Positions 1 through 14,101 of a stretch of 64,000 nucleotides of DNA are shown piece after piece. The position numbers were made by a program, and so were the translations under genes. This DNA comes from Octopus vulgaris (taxonomy: Eukaryota): contig OX597833.1 in NCBI GenBank assembly GCA_951406725.2, forward strand, positions 45,136,001 to 45,200,000, in the 5' to 3' direction. The notes beneath the pieces are model-generated. The model saw nothing but the letters and a program-made list of their open reading frames with translations, was not told the origin of the DNA and searched no databases. Position 1 is the first letter of the stretch. Each line of letters begins with the position of its first letter.

Positions 1-242
1 ACGCATGTACATAGGCACTCAAACCCATACACATAGACACATTCAAACATGCACACACAAACACATGAATATGCAGAATACATACATATAAATGTACACA
101 CACACACATATATATATATATATGATGTGTCAGTGTGCATATGTATACACATATGTATGTATGAATGCATGTGTGTATGCATATATATATATATGCATAC
201 ATATATATGCATACATATGTGTGTATGCATATATATATATAT

Positions 243-579
243 TTACTCTTTTACCTGTTTCAGTCTTTTGACTGCGGCCATGCTGGAGCACCGCCTTTAG
301 TACTTATTCTATCGGTCTCTTTTTGCCGAACCGCTAAGTTACGGGGACGTAAACACACCAGCATCGGTTGTCAAGCAATGCTAGGGGGAGAACACAGACA
401 CACAAACATATATATACGACAGGCTTCTTTCAGTTTCCGTCTACCAAATCCACTCACAAGGCATTGGTCGGCCCGGGGCTATAGCAGAAGACACTTGCCC
501 AAGATGTCACGCAGTGGGACTGAACCCAGAACCATGTGGCTGGTTAGCAAGCTACTTACCACACAGCCACTCCTGCGCC
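243..579 (-). mobile_element. SINE family 1 copy
   Basis: Reverse complement of 14666-15048 with a small internal deletion. Confidence 0.88.
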
Positions 580-1393
580 TACATATATGCATACACACAT
601 GCATTCATACATACATATGTGTATACATATGCACACCGACACACACACAAAAAGAATGCACCTTCAACGCTCGAATTCATATATGTATGTGTGTGTGTGT
701 GCATGCATACATTTTGCATGCGTTCTTAAGTCTTTTCAACCAGTATTTTTTCTTGTACTAGAATGTTAGCATGGCCTAGTAAAAAGAAAAACTAACAAAA
801 ACAAAAAAAGAAAAAGAAAGAGAAAAGAAACAATTTGTCTGATGCAGGAACCGGAAAAGCAAGTTCGGATTCACTCTGCACCGACTCTTTCAAAGTTCTC
901 ATCTGCACATTGTGACGTGTTCATTAAATGTTGCAACAACATTGATGACCATAAAAATTACCTTTTTCTAGGTCAATTACTGTAGTTATTTAATCTCATT
1001 ACGAAATATCCTTGAAATACCAATGAGTTAAGAGATGAAAGTAATTTTCAAGATTACACATGCTTTCATCATATACATGCGTAAACAAACTTTACCCCCC
1101 CCCCTCCCACTAGACATGATTAGAGTAATGACTTTTTTTTTATGTTGTATGAGAAGAATAAACTTATACAACATTCAAATTTTATGCAGGAGAGTTATCG
1201 TTAAACGATGTTCATAAGTTTGTGTATAAACAAACGTAAACAAGTGAATACACAACCACATAAGATCGTAGCTCGCACTTGCTCAATTTTCAGTACATAA
1301 GCGGCACACTTTCTCTGTCTCTCTCTCTTTCTCTCTCTCTCTCTATATATATATATGAGATCTTTATAATATATAATTTATATATAAATATAT

Positions 1394-1462
<69 letters not shown>

Positions 1463-3183
1463 TGTATTTAGAATAATTATAAATATACTAAGTTGTTCTT
1501 AGGCTGGCGTATATATACTTATATATATATACTTGTATGTATGTATGATTTGGACTTTTCTTTTAGAAATATTTTTTAAAGAATTTGGAAATTAATCTTT
1601 TAGAGTATGGCATAAATATTATTCTTTGATATAAAAGCAGAAGTATACAAGCAACGTGTTGCTCATCACACCAGCCACACCTGTAGCGCATAAGCGACCC
1701 TCTACACTCCTTTGGCAATATTGTCAGTCATGACTGATTGATGCTGAGCCTCGATGTGGCATACACACCCACTGTCACACTAGTAAATGTGTTAGACAGG
1801 GGTGCTGCCAGACCAGACAAACGCACAAAATAAACTTCAGGTACACACAGACACACTTGCTAACCAACTACAACAAAAGAGTTTGACTGACGTGCTCCTG
1901 ATCTGGTCCCTGTATCTGGCTATTATTCTTGGACCTGCTGTAATAGTGCTTACACCTGCACAGAGTGGCTGAGCTTCGTACAGGTGACCTGTTTCCCCGT
2001 TATCGTCTTTCCTCTTTGCCCGCACCTCTACAACAATTCCTCCACTGTCGCTATTTCATTTACCCACAACCAACTTGACATACGAAGACTGATACAAAAA
2101 CAAGAAAATAATTACAATATTAATACACTGGATACACCTTCCGGACACCAAATTAATGATCTACACAGCTTTATGTTCGATGTTATGGACATTTAGTATC
2201 AGCATTGGAACTGTTTAAACGAACTTGATCAACTTGACTCTCTGTTACATCTATCACTCTGGTGAAACTTCCGACAGCTGTATTTGGGAAGAATTTACTC
2301 CGAACTAGTGACTGGTTCTTCGGCACACTTGATATCCATTTATATACGAAAAAATTCGATAACTGGTCAGGATTTTACATGCATTGTACGTCTTAATGTG
2401 TTGTGTTTCATAATTATAAGTGTGGTCTTAAAAGGAGAGAAATCGGTTGTATCTTGGACGCGTTGAAAACATTCGGTGGTACAAAAAAAAAAAAAAAAAA
2501 TTACGAAAAATACTCGGTGGTAATATCAAAAATTTCTGTATTTGTTTTTAAAGTTTATGTTGAAGTCTTCACGACTCATTCTATTAAATCTCTGTCAATT
2601 TTAAAGCTACACCACCTTTTGGTAATGGTGCTTGAGGGATATCGTCACAATCACTCATCTAGGACCCAGTCTTAACAAGACACGTTTGATCACTTATGGC
2701 TATGCCGTTTCTTATTTGACTTTTTTTCTCTCTGTCATATGAAATCGTTGTTCGTCTCGTCAGTCCCTGTAGCCGTCTCACGATGTGGATTGTAAACATT
2801 TCGATTTAACCCAAATTAATTCAACACCCCACCCTTTTTTCTTCTACTCATGAACTCTTTTTTCTGTTTAAAATTATAAACTTTAGCATTGGATCTGCTG
2901 AGCAACAAAGAAAATTATTGCCATTTATATAAATGTATCAGTCTTCCACCTGCCTTACCAATTCCGTTTGTCATAGAAGCTATAAAAATATAATTTTACC
3001 AGTAGTATTTGGTTACCTGTGATAACTTAATCATCTAGCCTATTCTTTGTGTTTGGCTTTTGGGACTATGTCGTCCTTTTCCTACCACGTAAACTGTCTT
3101 TCAAGAACGAAGATTCTTGCCTCCAGCAGTGTCTATTGCCATCCAGTGTACAACAAGAGTGATTATACACAGCTTTCTTCGAG

Positions 3184-5190
3184 ATGATGAAGAAAATCAC
3201 TTGGAAAGGTTTTCGGTTGCCCAACAGTGGGCAACAGCAGCGCCAAAAATCAGGCAGCACTAGTACTAATTCTTCAGTACCGTCCCCGTCCTCTACCTCT
3301 AACGATATTTTAAGTAGTGGATACCACGGCAGTGTAAACCACAGTCAATCTTTGTCGCGACTACACCTGGACGACAGTGGTCAAGAAAGTGAAGATATGG
3401 TTTTCCTGCCAGCAGATGGCAGCTGCACAGAGTTACAGCAACAACATGAAGGTAATTGCAAGAAAAGGCAAATACAAATGACATCGAAGAAGTTGTTTTC
3501 AGCTTCATTGAATTCACCATATTCACAAAACATGCCTACATCGAGTACTGTAAATAGCACTTCCACAGAATCATTTTGCTCATCAACTTCGAATAGTACA
3601 CTTACAAATACCAATGTGATTTCTACAATGAAAAGTCCAGAAGTAACCCACAGTTCATCATCTAATGCTCTGTCTAGCAATATTTCATCCTCAGTTTCAT
3701 CTTATTCTCTTTCTTCTCCGACGTATTGTCCAAGCAATGGTGGTTCATCTCCTACTTCAATGCAATCTCAGCACTACCAGATTGATATGTTGCAGTCTCA
3801 CCGACATCATAGCCATCATCCTAATAAAGAAGACAACAGCTTGCTTATTGTTCCTATGGTTGAGCAAGTAGGTGTTCCACCTAAACAACGCAAAGAGAAG
3901 AAGAATCTTCTGCGCAATCTGAGGCGATGTTTTACACCTACACTTCATCGAAAGGTTAGTGGTAGCCATGAACATCTCCCCAATAATTCTTCATTGACAC
4001 CAGCACCTGCTGTGTCACGGAAGGGTGTTGTTTCAGAGCACATCAAAGGATGTCAGCCTGTAACAGGAGGGAATACCAGTGGTCGGAAATTGACACACAA
4101 ACCTCTGTCACTTGTTCGTGAACGATTAGCAAGAGGACCTAGTTGTAATTCAAGTGGAGCTACACCAAATGCAGGTAATTCTAATGCAGATAAAAATTCC
4201 TCAGATTGTTGCAATCTTCAAAACTCCACTTTAACAAAAATAAATGAGATGCATTTATATTCCGCATCAGATGGAACAATTCATGACAACTGTAAAACTG
4301 GCAATTGCAAAACCAAGGACATATCAAGGTTTCAGAAGAAACTTTTAGAGGATTATATTAGTGGGGATAGTGCTACAACTTGTATAAATCCTTTTCGGGG
4401 TTCATCTTCATCCAGGAGTACTCAACAAAAATCTCTAACAAACTCTGGTGTTTCTGAAAATAATACAGAAAACAGGAGATTGTCAATGACTTGTGAGCAA
4501 TTTGCTCAAGCCCTTAATGAACGCCCAAGTCATACAACTTGGGATCGGTGCCCTCCAACAGACAGACAAGACTCAGAGACTGCTGATAAATGTAACCCGT
4601 ATGAATCTTGTACTGACCCACCAGGGTCATGCAGCAGTTTATTGCCTCATTATGATGCTGTTAGATTGGATTCTCCTAAAATAGGGAGCCTCACTGAGGA
4701 ACTCTTTCGACTATCCAAATTTGGCTGGTACTGGGGCCCAATTACTCGAGTTGAAGCTGAACAAAAGCTTCTTAATCAACCTGATGGGGCTTTTTTAGTG
4801 CGTGACAGCTCTGATGAACGATACCTTCTCAGTTTGAGCTTTCGCTCTTACGGTAAAACTTTGCATACGCGTATTGAACATTGTAATGGAATGTTTAGCT
4901 TTTATGCTCAACCAGACACAGAAGGTTATCCTTCCATTGTGGATTTAATAGAACATTCAATGAGTGACTCTGAACAAAAAACTAGAATAATTTGCTACTA
5001 TAGATACTGGCTGCCTGGATCACCATCATTTCCCGTCCGATTAACAAAACCTGTATCTCGTTTCACCCAAGTGCGCTCATTACAGTATTTATGCAGGTTT
5101 GTTATACGACAGTACACTCGTTTCGATCACATTCAACAGCTGCCCCTGCCAAATAGTATCAAAGGTTGGATTGAGGAGAACCAGTACTAA
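3184..5190 (+). CDS. SOCS6: Suppressor of cytokine signaling 6-like protein, single coding exon, 668 aa
   Basis: C-terminal SH2 domain (SLTEELFRLSKFGWYWGPITRVEAEQKLLNQPDGAFLVRDSSDERYLLSLSFRSYGKTLHTRIEH) followed by a SOCS box (VRSLQYLCRFVIRQYTRFDHIQQLPLPNSIKGWI). This closely matches vertebrate SOCS6 as I recall it. Starts MKKI, followed by a Ser/Thr/Asn-rich N-terminal region. Confidence 0.95.
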   Translation: MMKKITWKGFRLPNSGQQQRQKSGSTSTNSSVPSPSSTSNDILSSGYHGSVNHSQSLSRLHLDDSGQESEDMVFLPADGSCTELQQQHEGNCKKRQIQMTSKKLFSASLNSPYSQNMPTSSTVNSTSTESFCSSTSNSTLTNTNVISTMKSPEVTHSSSSNALSSNISSSVSSYSLSSPTYCPSNGGSSPTSMQSQHYQIDMLQSHRHHSHHPNKEDNSLLIVPMVEQVGVPPKQRKEKKNLLRNLRRCFTPTLHRKVSGSHEHLPNNSSLTPAPAVSRKGVVSEHIKGCQPVTGGNTSGRKLTHKPLSLVRERLARGPSCNSSGATPNAGNSNADKNSSDCCNLQNSTLTKINEMHLYSASDGTIHDNCKTGNCKTKDISRFQKKLLEDYISGDSATTCINPFRGSSSSRSTQQKSLTNSGVSENNTENRRLSMTCEQFAQALNERPSHTTWDRCPPTDRQDSETADKCNPYESCTDPPGSCSSLLPHYDAVRLDSPKIGSLTEELFRLSKFGWYWGPITRVEAEQKLLNQPDGAFLVRDSSDERYLLSLSFRSYGKTLHTRIEHCNGMFSFYAQPDTEGYPSIVDLIEHSMSDSEQKTRIICYYRYWLPGSPSFPVRLTKPVSRFTQVRSLQYLCRFVIRQYTRFDHIQQLPLPNSIKGWIEENQY

Positions 5191-6422
5191 AACTAAAGAC
5201 ACTACCAAACTCCCTTTCTTCTTTTTTTTTTTTTCTTTTGATATTACACGCACACTTCAGAAAGTCATGGAAGCAAATAGAGATGTTGGTGTCAAGAAGT
5301 ACTTATATTAATAATCCATGTACACCTCCCTAGTGACCCTAGATATGCACTAGTATTCAAGACTGCCTTCTTATAACCTCTTCTACCTTACTACTGAGTA
5401 TTGCCTTATATTTCTTCACATTTAGTATTGAACATTGCCTTTTCTGTTTACTTTGACAGTACCTATTGTGAAGATTCACATGTACTCAATACTGCTTTGC
5501 TATCTTTCTATCTTCCTACCTGTTCAGTAGACACACACACAAACACACACACACACAAACACAAAAACATAGTAGGTGAATAGTTGTAAGGATGCATTTC
5601 ATTCACTATCATTCACACATTATACTGAGTACTGCCTTGTCCACCAATGGAAACACTCAGTAGTGAAGTACATGTTTGCTCTCCCTTTCTTTTGTGCCCT
5701 CTCTCCCTCTCTCTCTCTCTCTTTCTCATACAGAGATAAACAAAAATATGTACGAAAAAATCAAAACTGTATGCTTTAATTTCTCTGGACATCATTGCTG
5801 TGAATATACATAATTTAGAAAATATTGGCTCTATACTATTTTATTTTACTGCAGTAAGTGCATATAGAAGCTGTACATTTATACAGATTGCATATTGTGA
5901 AACAAACAGAGGTACTGCTTTCATGTATATTGTGTACATAAGTCGTAAATATATTTTAACAAAAATGATCAGCTCATGTGTAGATAACCAGCAAACCTTA
6001 CTTTTTTTTTTTTTTAAAACTTTGAAGAGAAAAATGATTTTCTACACTTTTAAACACTTGATTTACAGCAGACTTACATACAAACACGGAGAAATGATAT
6101 CATCTGGTGAGTACACACCTCGTTAGTGAACTAACAAAATGCTCCAAACCTGCAAATGTCTGAAGAATCTGTCTTGGCTTTTTTTTTTGTTTTATTATTA
6201 CATACAAGTCCCACTTTTCATTTTTCTTTTTTCTTTGCAGTTTACAATACAAATGACTTGGTCGATGCTAATTGCTTACACAGACAGACAGTCAGTTGTG
6301 GTCATGAACATAGTTATACATGCATATATAGTCTCAGACCTAAACAGATAGATACATATATGTGTGTCTGCATGGAGTCACCTGTAAATAACGAATATTT
6401 GCAAATTTTCTCACATACACAC

Positions 6423-6424
<2 letters not shown>

Positions 6425-6470
<46 letters not shown>

Positions 6471-6624
6471 GTAGATGTTAGTATGTATATCTATGTATAT
6501 GTAGATGTTTGTACGTATATTATAAATATATATATATATTTAGACGTTTGTATGTGTATTTATATATATATAGATGTTCGTATGTATGTGTGTATATTTA
6601 TATACATATATATATGTATACATA

Positions 6625-6658
<34 letters not shown>

Positions 6659-6742
6659 ATGTTGATGTTTGTATAGATATGTGTGTGTGTGTATACATGT
6701 ATATATGAGCGTGTGCATGTGTATATTTGTGTATATGTCTGA

Positions 6743-6786
<44 letters not shown>

Positions 6787-7465
6787 AAGTATGTGTTTAT
6801 ATATGTATGTATGTATAAGTATGTGTTTACATATATATGTATAAGTATGTGTTTACATATATATGTCTAAGTATGTGTTTACATATATATGTCTAAGTAT
6901 GTGTATACATTTGTAGGTACAAGTGTGTATACATCTATATATAGGTATACATATAAGTATATATATATATATGTATGTTATATGTATCTATAAGTATAAG
7001 TATATATATGTATCTATAAGTAAATGTATATATATATTTATATATATGAATAAGTATTATTTGTATGTATATATTTAGGTGTATGCATGTATATGTGTAT
7101 GTATGTATATATATATGTGTATGTATGTATATATATATGTGTATGTATGTATATATATATGTGTATGTATATATATGTGTACGTATGTATATATATGTGT
7201 ACATATGTATGTATATATGTGTATGTATATGTGTATAAATATATGTATGTATATGTGTATATATATATATGTATGTATATATATATATATGTATAGATAT
7301 ATGTACATATTTATATATGTATGTATATATATATATATATGTATAGATATATGTACATATTTATATATGTATATTCATGTATGTATGTGTATATATATGT
7401 ATAAATATATATATATGTATGTACATGTATATATATGTGTGAATGTATGTATATGTATCTTTATG
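6425..7465. repeat. Compound (TA)n/(TG)n/(TATG)n microsatellite
   Basis: Directly visible; source of the YIYI/CVCM ORFs. Confidence 0.97.
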
Positions 7466-7613
7466 TATAGTCTGTTTATTTACTTGTGTTCCTTTCTCTT
7501 GAAGAAAGTAGGCTCAAAATGTAAAAGGCTTTCTCATCTTCCCATGCGTGAAAGTAACATACCTACTTGTTACTTATACATCTGTCTTTATCTTTTGTTT
7601 TTCTGCAAATTTC

Positions 7614-7675
<62 letters not shown>

Positions 7676-7911
7676 GAAATCGTATATATGTATCAAGAAA
7701 GATGTATTTAGGAAAAAAATAATAAGGAAAGGAGACAAATGCTCAAGATGTTATTAAATCATATCTTCATTTCTCCTACACTTGTTTCAATAGATGCATC
7801 CAACAGGATGACTAATGGTCATCTATGCATCAGTCTCTTCAGGTGGGATATAAATAACAGTACTCATCAAATGGACATTTTAACAGTGTGTGAAACCCCA
7901 GGCAATGTTAA

Positions 7912-7999
7912 GTATATATATATATATATATATATATATACGCATGAGCAAACACGTGCACATATACGCAATATTAGTTAATATAAACATATATATTTT

Positions 8000-8042
<43 letters not shown>

Positions 8043-8148
8043 AAAATAAATATAGATATGTACGTATGTGTATATGTATGTATATATATATATATATATA
8101 TATAATGTATGTATGTATATAATGTATGTATGTATGTATATATGTATG

Positions 8149-8200
<52 letters not shown>

Positions 8201-8489
8201 TGTGTATGTATATATATATATATATATATATGCATATATATGTATGCATGTATATGTATATGTGTATATATATATATGCATGTATATATGTATATGCATA
8301 TATATGTATGTATGTGTATATATGTGTGTATATATATGTATAGATATATCTATATATAGATATACTGATGTATATGTATAGATATACCGATGTATATGTG
8401 TAGATATATTGATGTATAGGTGTAAATATATCAATGCATATGTATAGATATATCGATGTATATGTATAGATATATCAATGTGGATATAT

Positions 8490-8521
<32 letters not shown>

Positions 8522-9114
8522 GTATATATGCATATATTTCTATGTATATTTATGTGTATCTATATGTATATATATATCTATGTATATATATGTGTGTATC
8601 TATATGTATATATATCTATGTGTATATATGTGTGTCTCTATATGTATATATATCTATGTGTATATATGTATATATATGTGCATCTATATATATATATATC
8701 TATATCTATATATATCTATATATATATATATATATATTTATATATGTGTATGTATGTATGTATATATATATATGTGTATGTATGTATGTATATATATATA
8801 TGTGTATGTATGTATGTATATTTATATGTGTATGTATGTATGTATATATATATATGTATATATGTATGTATGTATATATATATATGTATATATATGTATA
8901 TATATATGTGTATATATATGTATGTATATATATATGTGTATATATATATGTATGTATGTATATATATGTGTATCTATATATATATATGTATATACATGTG
9001 TGTATGTGTATATATATATATATATGTATATACATGTGTGTATGTGTATATATATATATGTGTGTGTATACATGTGTGTATGTATATATATAAATATATG
9101 TGTATACATGTGTG

Positions 9115-9151
<37 letters not shown>

Positions 9152-9310
9152 GTGTGTATGTGTATATATATATATATGTATATACATGTGTGTGTGTATG
9201 TATGTATATACATGTGTGTATGTATGTATATACATGTGTGTATGTATGTATATATACATATGTATGTGTACAAATATATATATATGTGTGTGTATATATG
9301 TATATGTATA

Positions 9311-9351
<41 letters not shown>

Positions 9352-9360
9352 GTGTGTATA
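7912..9360. repeat. Compound (TA)n/(TG)n microsatellite, ~1.45 kb
   Basis: Directly visible. Smaller tracts at ~1340-1470, 15380-15690, 25545-25770, 30030-30185, 31335-31570, 32593-32808, 47500-47687, 51163-51255, 51460-51560, and (AAT)n at 53438-53562. Confidence 0.97.
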
Positions 9361-10016
9361 AGGTAAAAGTTTTTATCTTTCATTGTCTTCGAAATTGCTC
9401 TTAAATATGGTTTTGGACGTTTTGACTGCTCCTTCTAGCAAATATGGCTGCCTATTAATGGTCACCTTTTTTGTGTTTAAATGTACACTAATTCTATGTG
9501 TGTGTGTGTGTATATATATATGTGTGTGTGTGTCTGTGTATATACATATATGTGTATATACATGTATGTGAATAAGTGTATAGATATGTGTATATATATG
9601 TATGTATATATTCTTTTTTTGAAGGACTGGTACTCGTTTTCTATCAATATCTTTTGTCAAACTGCTAATTTATAGTCATGTAAACACACCAACACCCATT
9701 GTCAAGTGGTAGTGGTGGACAAACATGCACACACACAAACACACATTTGGAGAGGAGGTTTTTTTCTCAAAGAGTTAAGATTGAGTTAAATCCTTTTTAT
9801 AGATTTGCAAGCGCTCGCTTGGAAACATTAAGAACTGAAAGTGCTTGCACATCTATAAAAGTAAAGCATACACACATTTTGTGAAGTCTCTTCCCAAAGG
9901 TTAGTGTCTTTCCACTTTCTAAAATGGCTTTTCTGTCAATCTTAACTCTTAGAGAAAAAAATTTCTCTCCAAATATACCTGTATCAAGGCATTTCAAAAA
10001 CACTCTAAATATGTGC

Positions 10017-10065
<49 letters not shown>

Positions 10066-11598
10066 TATACATATACACGACAAGCTCCTTTCAGTTTTTG
10101 TCTACCAAATCCATACAAAATGCTTTGGTTGACCTTAGTCTATAGTAGAAGGCACTAGCCCAAGATGCCACACAGTGGACTGAACCCAGAACCATGTGGT
10201 TGGGAAGCAAATTTTTTACCACACAGCTATACCTGTGCCTTTATCAATGTTTTTCTAGAATTGATCCTTCATCTTGACTACGGCTGTTTTAGATCCCAAT
10301 TTCTAAACTTTCAACACCATATTGTAGTTAGCATAAACTGCTTACGTTTTCCAGTTTACTTGGAAACCTTTAGATTTATGTTGTTCAGTATTTGGTCAGT
10401 CCTGACCAAGCAAATCTCTGATCAAAGAGGCTCCAGATTTGATCTGCTCTCAACTTTTTATGATGCCTTAGTTTGTTCTGAATTACAATACATGGAAAAC
10501 TTATATGCCAAAATTATGAGTTAAAAGAGTTAAGTAATTAAAAGCTTTCAAGCATAGCCATTAACAGAGAAAAGTAGAGTTCATGGAATAAATTACTGAT
10601 ACTGATTCCACAGACTCCTCTTGTCACAATCATGTAGATAAAGAGGAATGTCAACTGTCTGTGGGATTTGAACTTTGAGTAAGAAGGACTAGGTAAAATG
10701 TAAAGACCCCTTTCAGTCATGAATGACTATGGGGTTGCACCTAGAAAGTTACCCTCTGAAGCACAAATCCAATTAAGGTTATTTTATGGAAGACCAGCAG
10801 TCGCCCATGCATACCAGCCTCCTCTCTCCACGCCACCAATGTTATCCAAGGGAAAAGCAAAGGCTGCTACAGCTTGGCACCAGTGACATCGCAACTCATT
10901 TCTACAGCTGAGTGAACTGGAGCAAGGTGAAATAAAGTGTCTTGCTCAAGAACACAATGCACAACCTGCTCTGGGATTTGAACTCCCTACCTCATGGTTG
11001 TGAGCCCAGTGCTCTAATCACTGAGCCATAACCTGTATACTTTAATGCATTTATCTGCTGAATCTCCATAACTTTGGCTTTAGTAAAATACCTGTAACTA
11101 GTTTGTTTATTGGTGTAAGGAGTTGTTGTTTGGCTCTTACGTAAAAATAAGGTGGAAGCAGCCGTTGTTTAGATGCAGGTCAGTCCTAGTCAAGCAGACT
11201 TATGAAAGTCATTCTAGCCATGATCATCCTGTCAATTTTATATCTCTAGGACTATTTTGTTGAATGTGTCAGCCTGCCTTTTGGTAAGATGGCAGTGAAT
11301 AATGTGGAAGAACTTAGCTGCTGTTTTTCATAATCTGAGAAACTCTGTAATCTCATCTGTTGGTTCAGTAACAAGTGATCAAAAAGAATCCTTGCATGGC
11401 TTTATAGATTAAGGGTTAGCTAATGTCTGAGAGATTGGGGAACCTGTTCTTCCAAGAACTATTTAGAGCAACTGTTTAGACATAGTAAAGATTTTTTTTC
11501 AGTTGAAACTTCCTATATTCAATCAGAACAAGTATATACCTAATTAAAGGGCTCAAACTCAGCATTGTTAGGTATTAAGCGCAGTGCTCTGCCATTAA

Positions 11599-11819
11599 CC
11601 CTTTAGTGTTCGCATTATTCTGCCGCAATTAATGCTTCTTCATCCACATTATTTTGAACTAATCATGCATCATCTTGTAGCTATGAGATTTTGATGAGGT
11701 AGCTATTAATTTTTAAAACGACATTGTAGGGTTGGTGTGAGAGACAAGATATGGCCAGTTTGAACATAAAACAGGCAGAACACTTTTGGCCGGATATGGC
11801 CGGTTTAAATGCTAAAGGG
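11599..11819. mobile_element. piggyBac-type MITE family B (other copies ~13335-13535, 53137-53735, 53733-54377, 60039-60260)
   Basis: TTAA|CCCTTTAG ... CTAAAGGG|TTAA; shared internal aatcatgcat.atct.gtagct. Confidence 0.85.
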
Positions 11820-13710
11820 TTAAACCATTATACTATCTGTTACATCAACCAGCATAGAATACGACTCTACCAGCTCATAGCCTCATGAGCAAATCTGTTG
11901 AGACAAGCATTTGGTAACTACCACACTTAGTTTCTCATGCTTCAGTTCACTAGCTTGATGAGGTAGATACCTGATTAGATAACATTCTGAATGGAAAAAA
12001 AAGTTTTTTTTCAAACACCCTGAGAGTAAGCTGTAGTTGTTGTCTAACTCCAGGTCAGCCTTGAGTGAGCAGATCTATGATCAAAGATATTCTAGTCAAA
12101 AGTATCATGTTTTCGCTTAATTTTTTTTCTTTATTTTTTCGGACATGGTGTAGCTCAAAATACACTATACAATAGCTCTCTCTCCTTTTTAAAGATAGTA
12201 GGGTGCAATATGATGGAGATTTGATATAGTGATTGCTATTTCTGGAAAGTCAGAGACGTGTCGAGACCCCCTTTTTAGCTCAGGGTCACTTAGTTATAGT
12301 TTGAGGCTGTTGAAAAATTTAGGCTTTAATTTTTGCTTTTTTTTTTTATTTACAATGACTTTTGTTCTACATTTTGATCTTATTTTTTTTATTTACTACT
12401 AATTATTGATATAACATTTGGTTCATTCAAATTTTTAATGCTTTTAGTTTTTCGTTAATGTTTCTGAATATGTTTCTCAATAAGTTAAAATATGTTTTGC
12501 AAATGGATTAATATCAGGCCTTTTAACAGTGAAATCTATACCTAGTGCTTCACTAGTTAGGTTTGTTGGGCAGTATCATCTTTATCTAGGGTCCAAATTA
12601 TTTCAGAAGCACTACCATGCCTAAATTTGTGACAGCTAGTTCTATTAGTATGACCAGGTGGTTAGATGCTGATCAGCTGTATTTCTTCAATTAAGAAAAA
12701 TTGCCAAAGTTAATTTTATGTTGAAGTAAAATAGTTGAGTAGGGGGCAGAGTATTATATTGTCACAGTCATAGCCAAGTGGCAAAGGTATTAATAAAAGT
12801 CATCAGTTTTATTATGTATTTGATCCTTTTATCTTCTTTAACTTGAGATCTGTACTCTTATCAACTTATTTGTTTGAAGTATCTCTGGAATAATGTTACT
12901 CGACAGGGTGCATAGCTCAGAGGTCAGGGAGTCTCTCCAGGTCAAGTTGCTTTTCTCTGCATTGTGAGGAGAATCCAGTTTTTGTTGTGAAAATAATGGT
13001 ATTGCCAATTATTTGACACCAGTATAATACTCAGACTTATCAAAAAGTGAAGTAGATAACGGCAGGATTTGAACTCAGAATATTATTAAAGAATGAGAAT
13101 CTAAGCCATTAGTGTGGTGTCACCCCCCCTCCCCCCATCTTGTTACTCTATTAACTTTTTAACAACTTTCGTAAAATGTTTCTTTGCCATTAGGAGAGAT
13201 GAGCTATGAGTTTCGAGTAAGGCCAAACAATCAGATGTCAATTAGTCTTCTTAAGCTTAAAAATTATAGAGGAAATAAAAAAATTGATGAGTTCACTCAT
13301 AAAGTGGTCAATTGACATGTTGTATATTGTTATCAACCCTTTAGTGTTCAGATTTGTTCTGACAAATGTAATACTTATTCACATTGTTTTAAATTAATCA
13401 TGCATTATCTTGTAGCTTAGAAATTTTGATGATTTGATTGTTTATTTTTAGAATCACATAAGTAGGGTAGGTGTCAGAATTTCTTGCTGGTTGAGCATAA
13501 AACAAGAATAATATTTGGGCTGGATATGGCGAGTTTAACCCTTTCATTGCTGCATTTATTTTGAGATGTTCTGTGTTTTGTTCAATTAATTTTAACTATA
13601 ACAAAGAATTTAGTAAAATAATTTAGTTATCATTAAGCCACTGTTAGGAACATAAATTGTGACTAAAGTTTGGTGGGAGACTTTAATTCAAAACTTGTGA
13701 AAACAAGACA

Positions 13711-14101
13711 CCCATAAAATTATCAACCATCGCACAAACAATAACCCTGAGCACCTCTTCAAACTCCACCCATCTAACACCCGTGGACATATTTACAAAG
13801 TAAGAAAACAGCACAGCTCCCATGACTTCAGGAAACATTTTTTCACGCTGAGAGTTGCTGAAGCGTGGAACAAACTGCTGGCATCGGTTGTTAGTTGTCG
13901 GAGCACTGCATCCTTCAAAACTTCCATGCTTCCTGAGATTCGCCAACACTACACTTGATTTTCTCCCCTCCATACACACACAAGCATGTTCACTTTCCAG
14001 ACATTTCTACATTACTGCATGTACATTTCTACATTATGCACTTTCTGACAAGTTGTGGTGCACCTGAGCACTATACAATAATTTCATTATATTATATATA
14101 T
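13711..14101 (+). mobile_element. CR1-type LINE 3' fragment inserted in a piggyBac-type MITE
   Basis: Encodes HKIINH...SNTRGHIYKVRKQHSSHDFRKHFFTLRVAEAWNKL (CR1 ORF2 C-terminus), with an att-repeat tail and AAGACA duplicated at 13705-13710 and 14102-14107. Confidence 0.88.

Noticed and set aside
165-761. 198-aa ORF and similar recurrent peptides (RQASFSFRLPNPLTR, MLAWVGQF...[10 protein letters not shown])
   Set aside because: Antisense translations of SINE family 1 and of RTE 3' UTRs, repeated many times in the window
836-3183. Possible SOCS6 promoter, uORFs and STAT sites
   Set aside because: Only isolated short motifs (ccggaa, tgacgt). I noticed no clear TTCnnnGAA site, and the transcription start cannot be placed from sequence alone.
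6935-9383. Long ORFs of up to 301 aa ([12 protein letters not shown])
   Set aside because: Translations of TA/TG microsatellites, open in several frames on both strands; no coding signal
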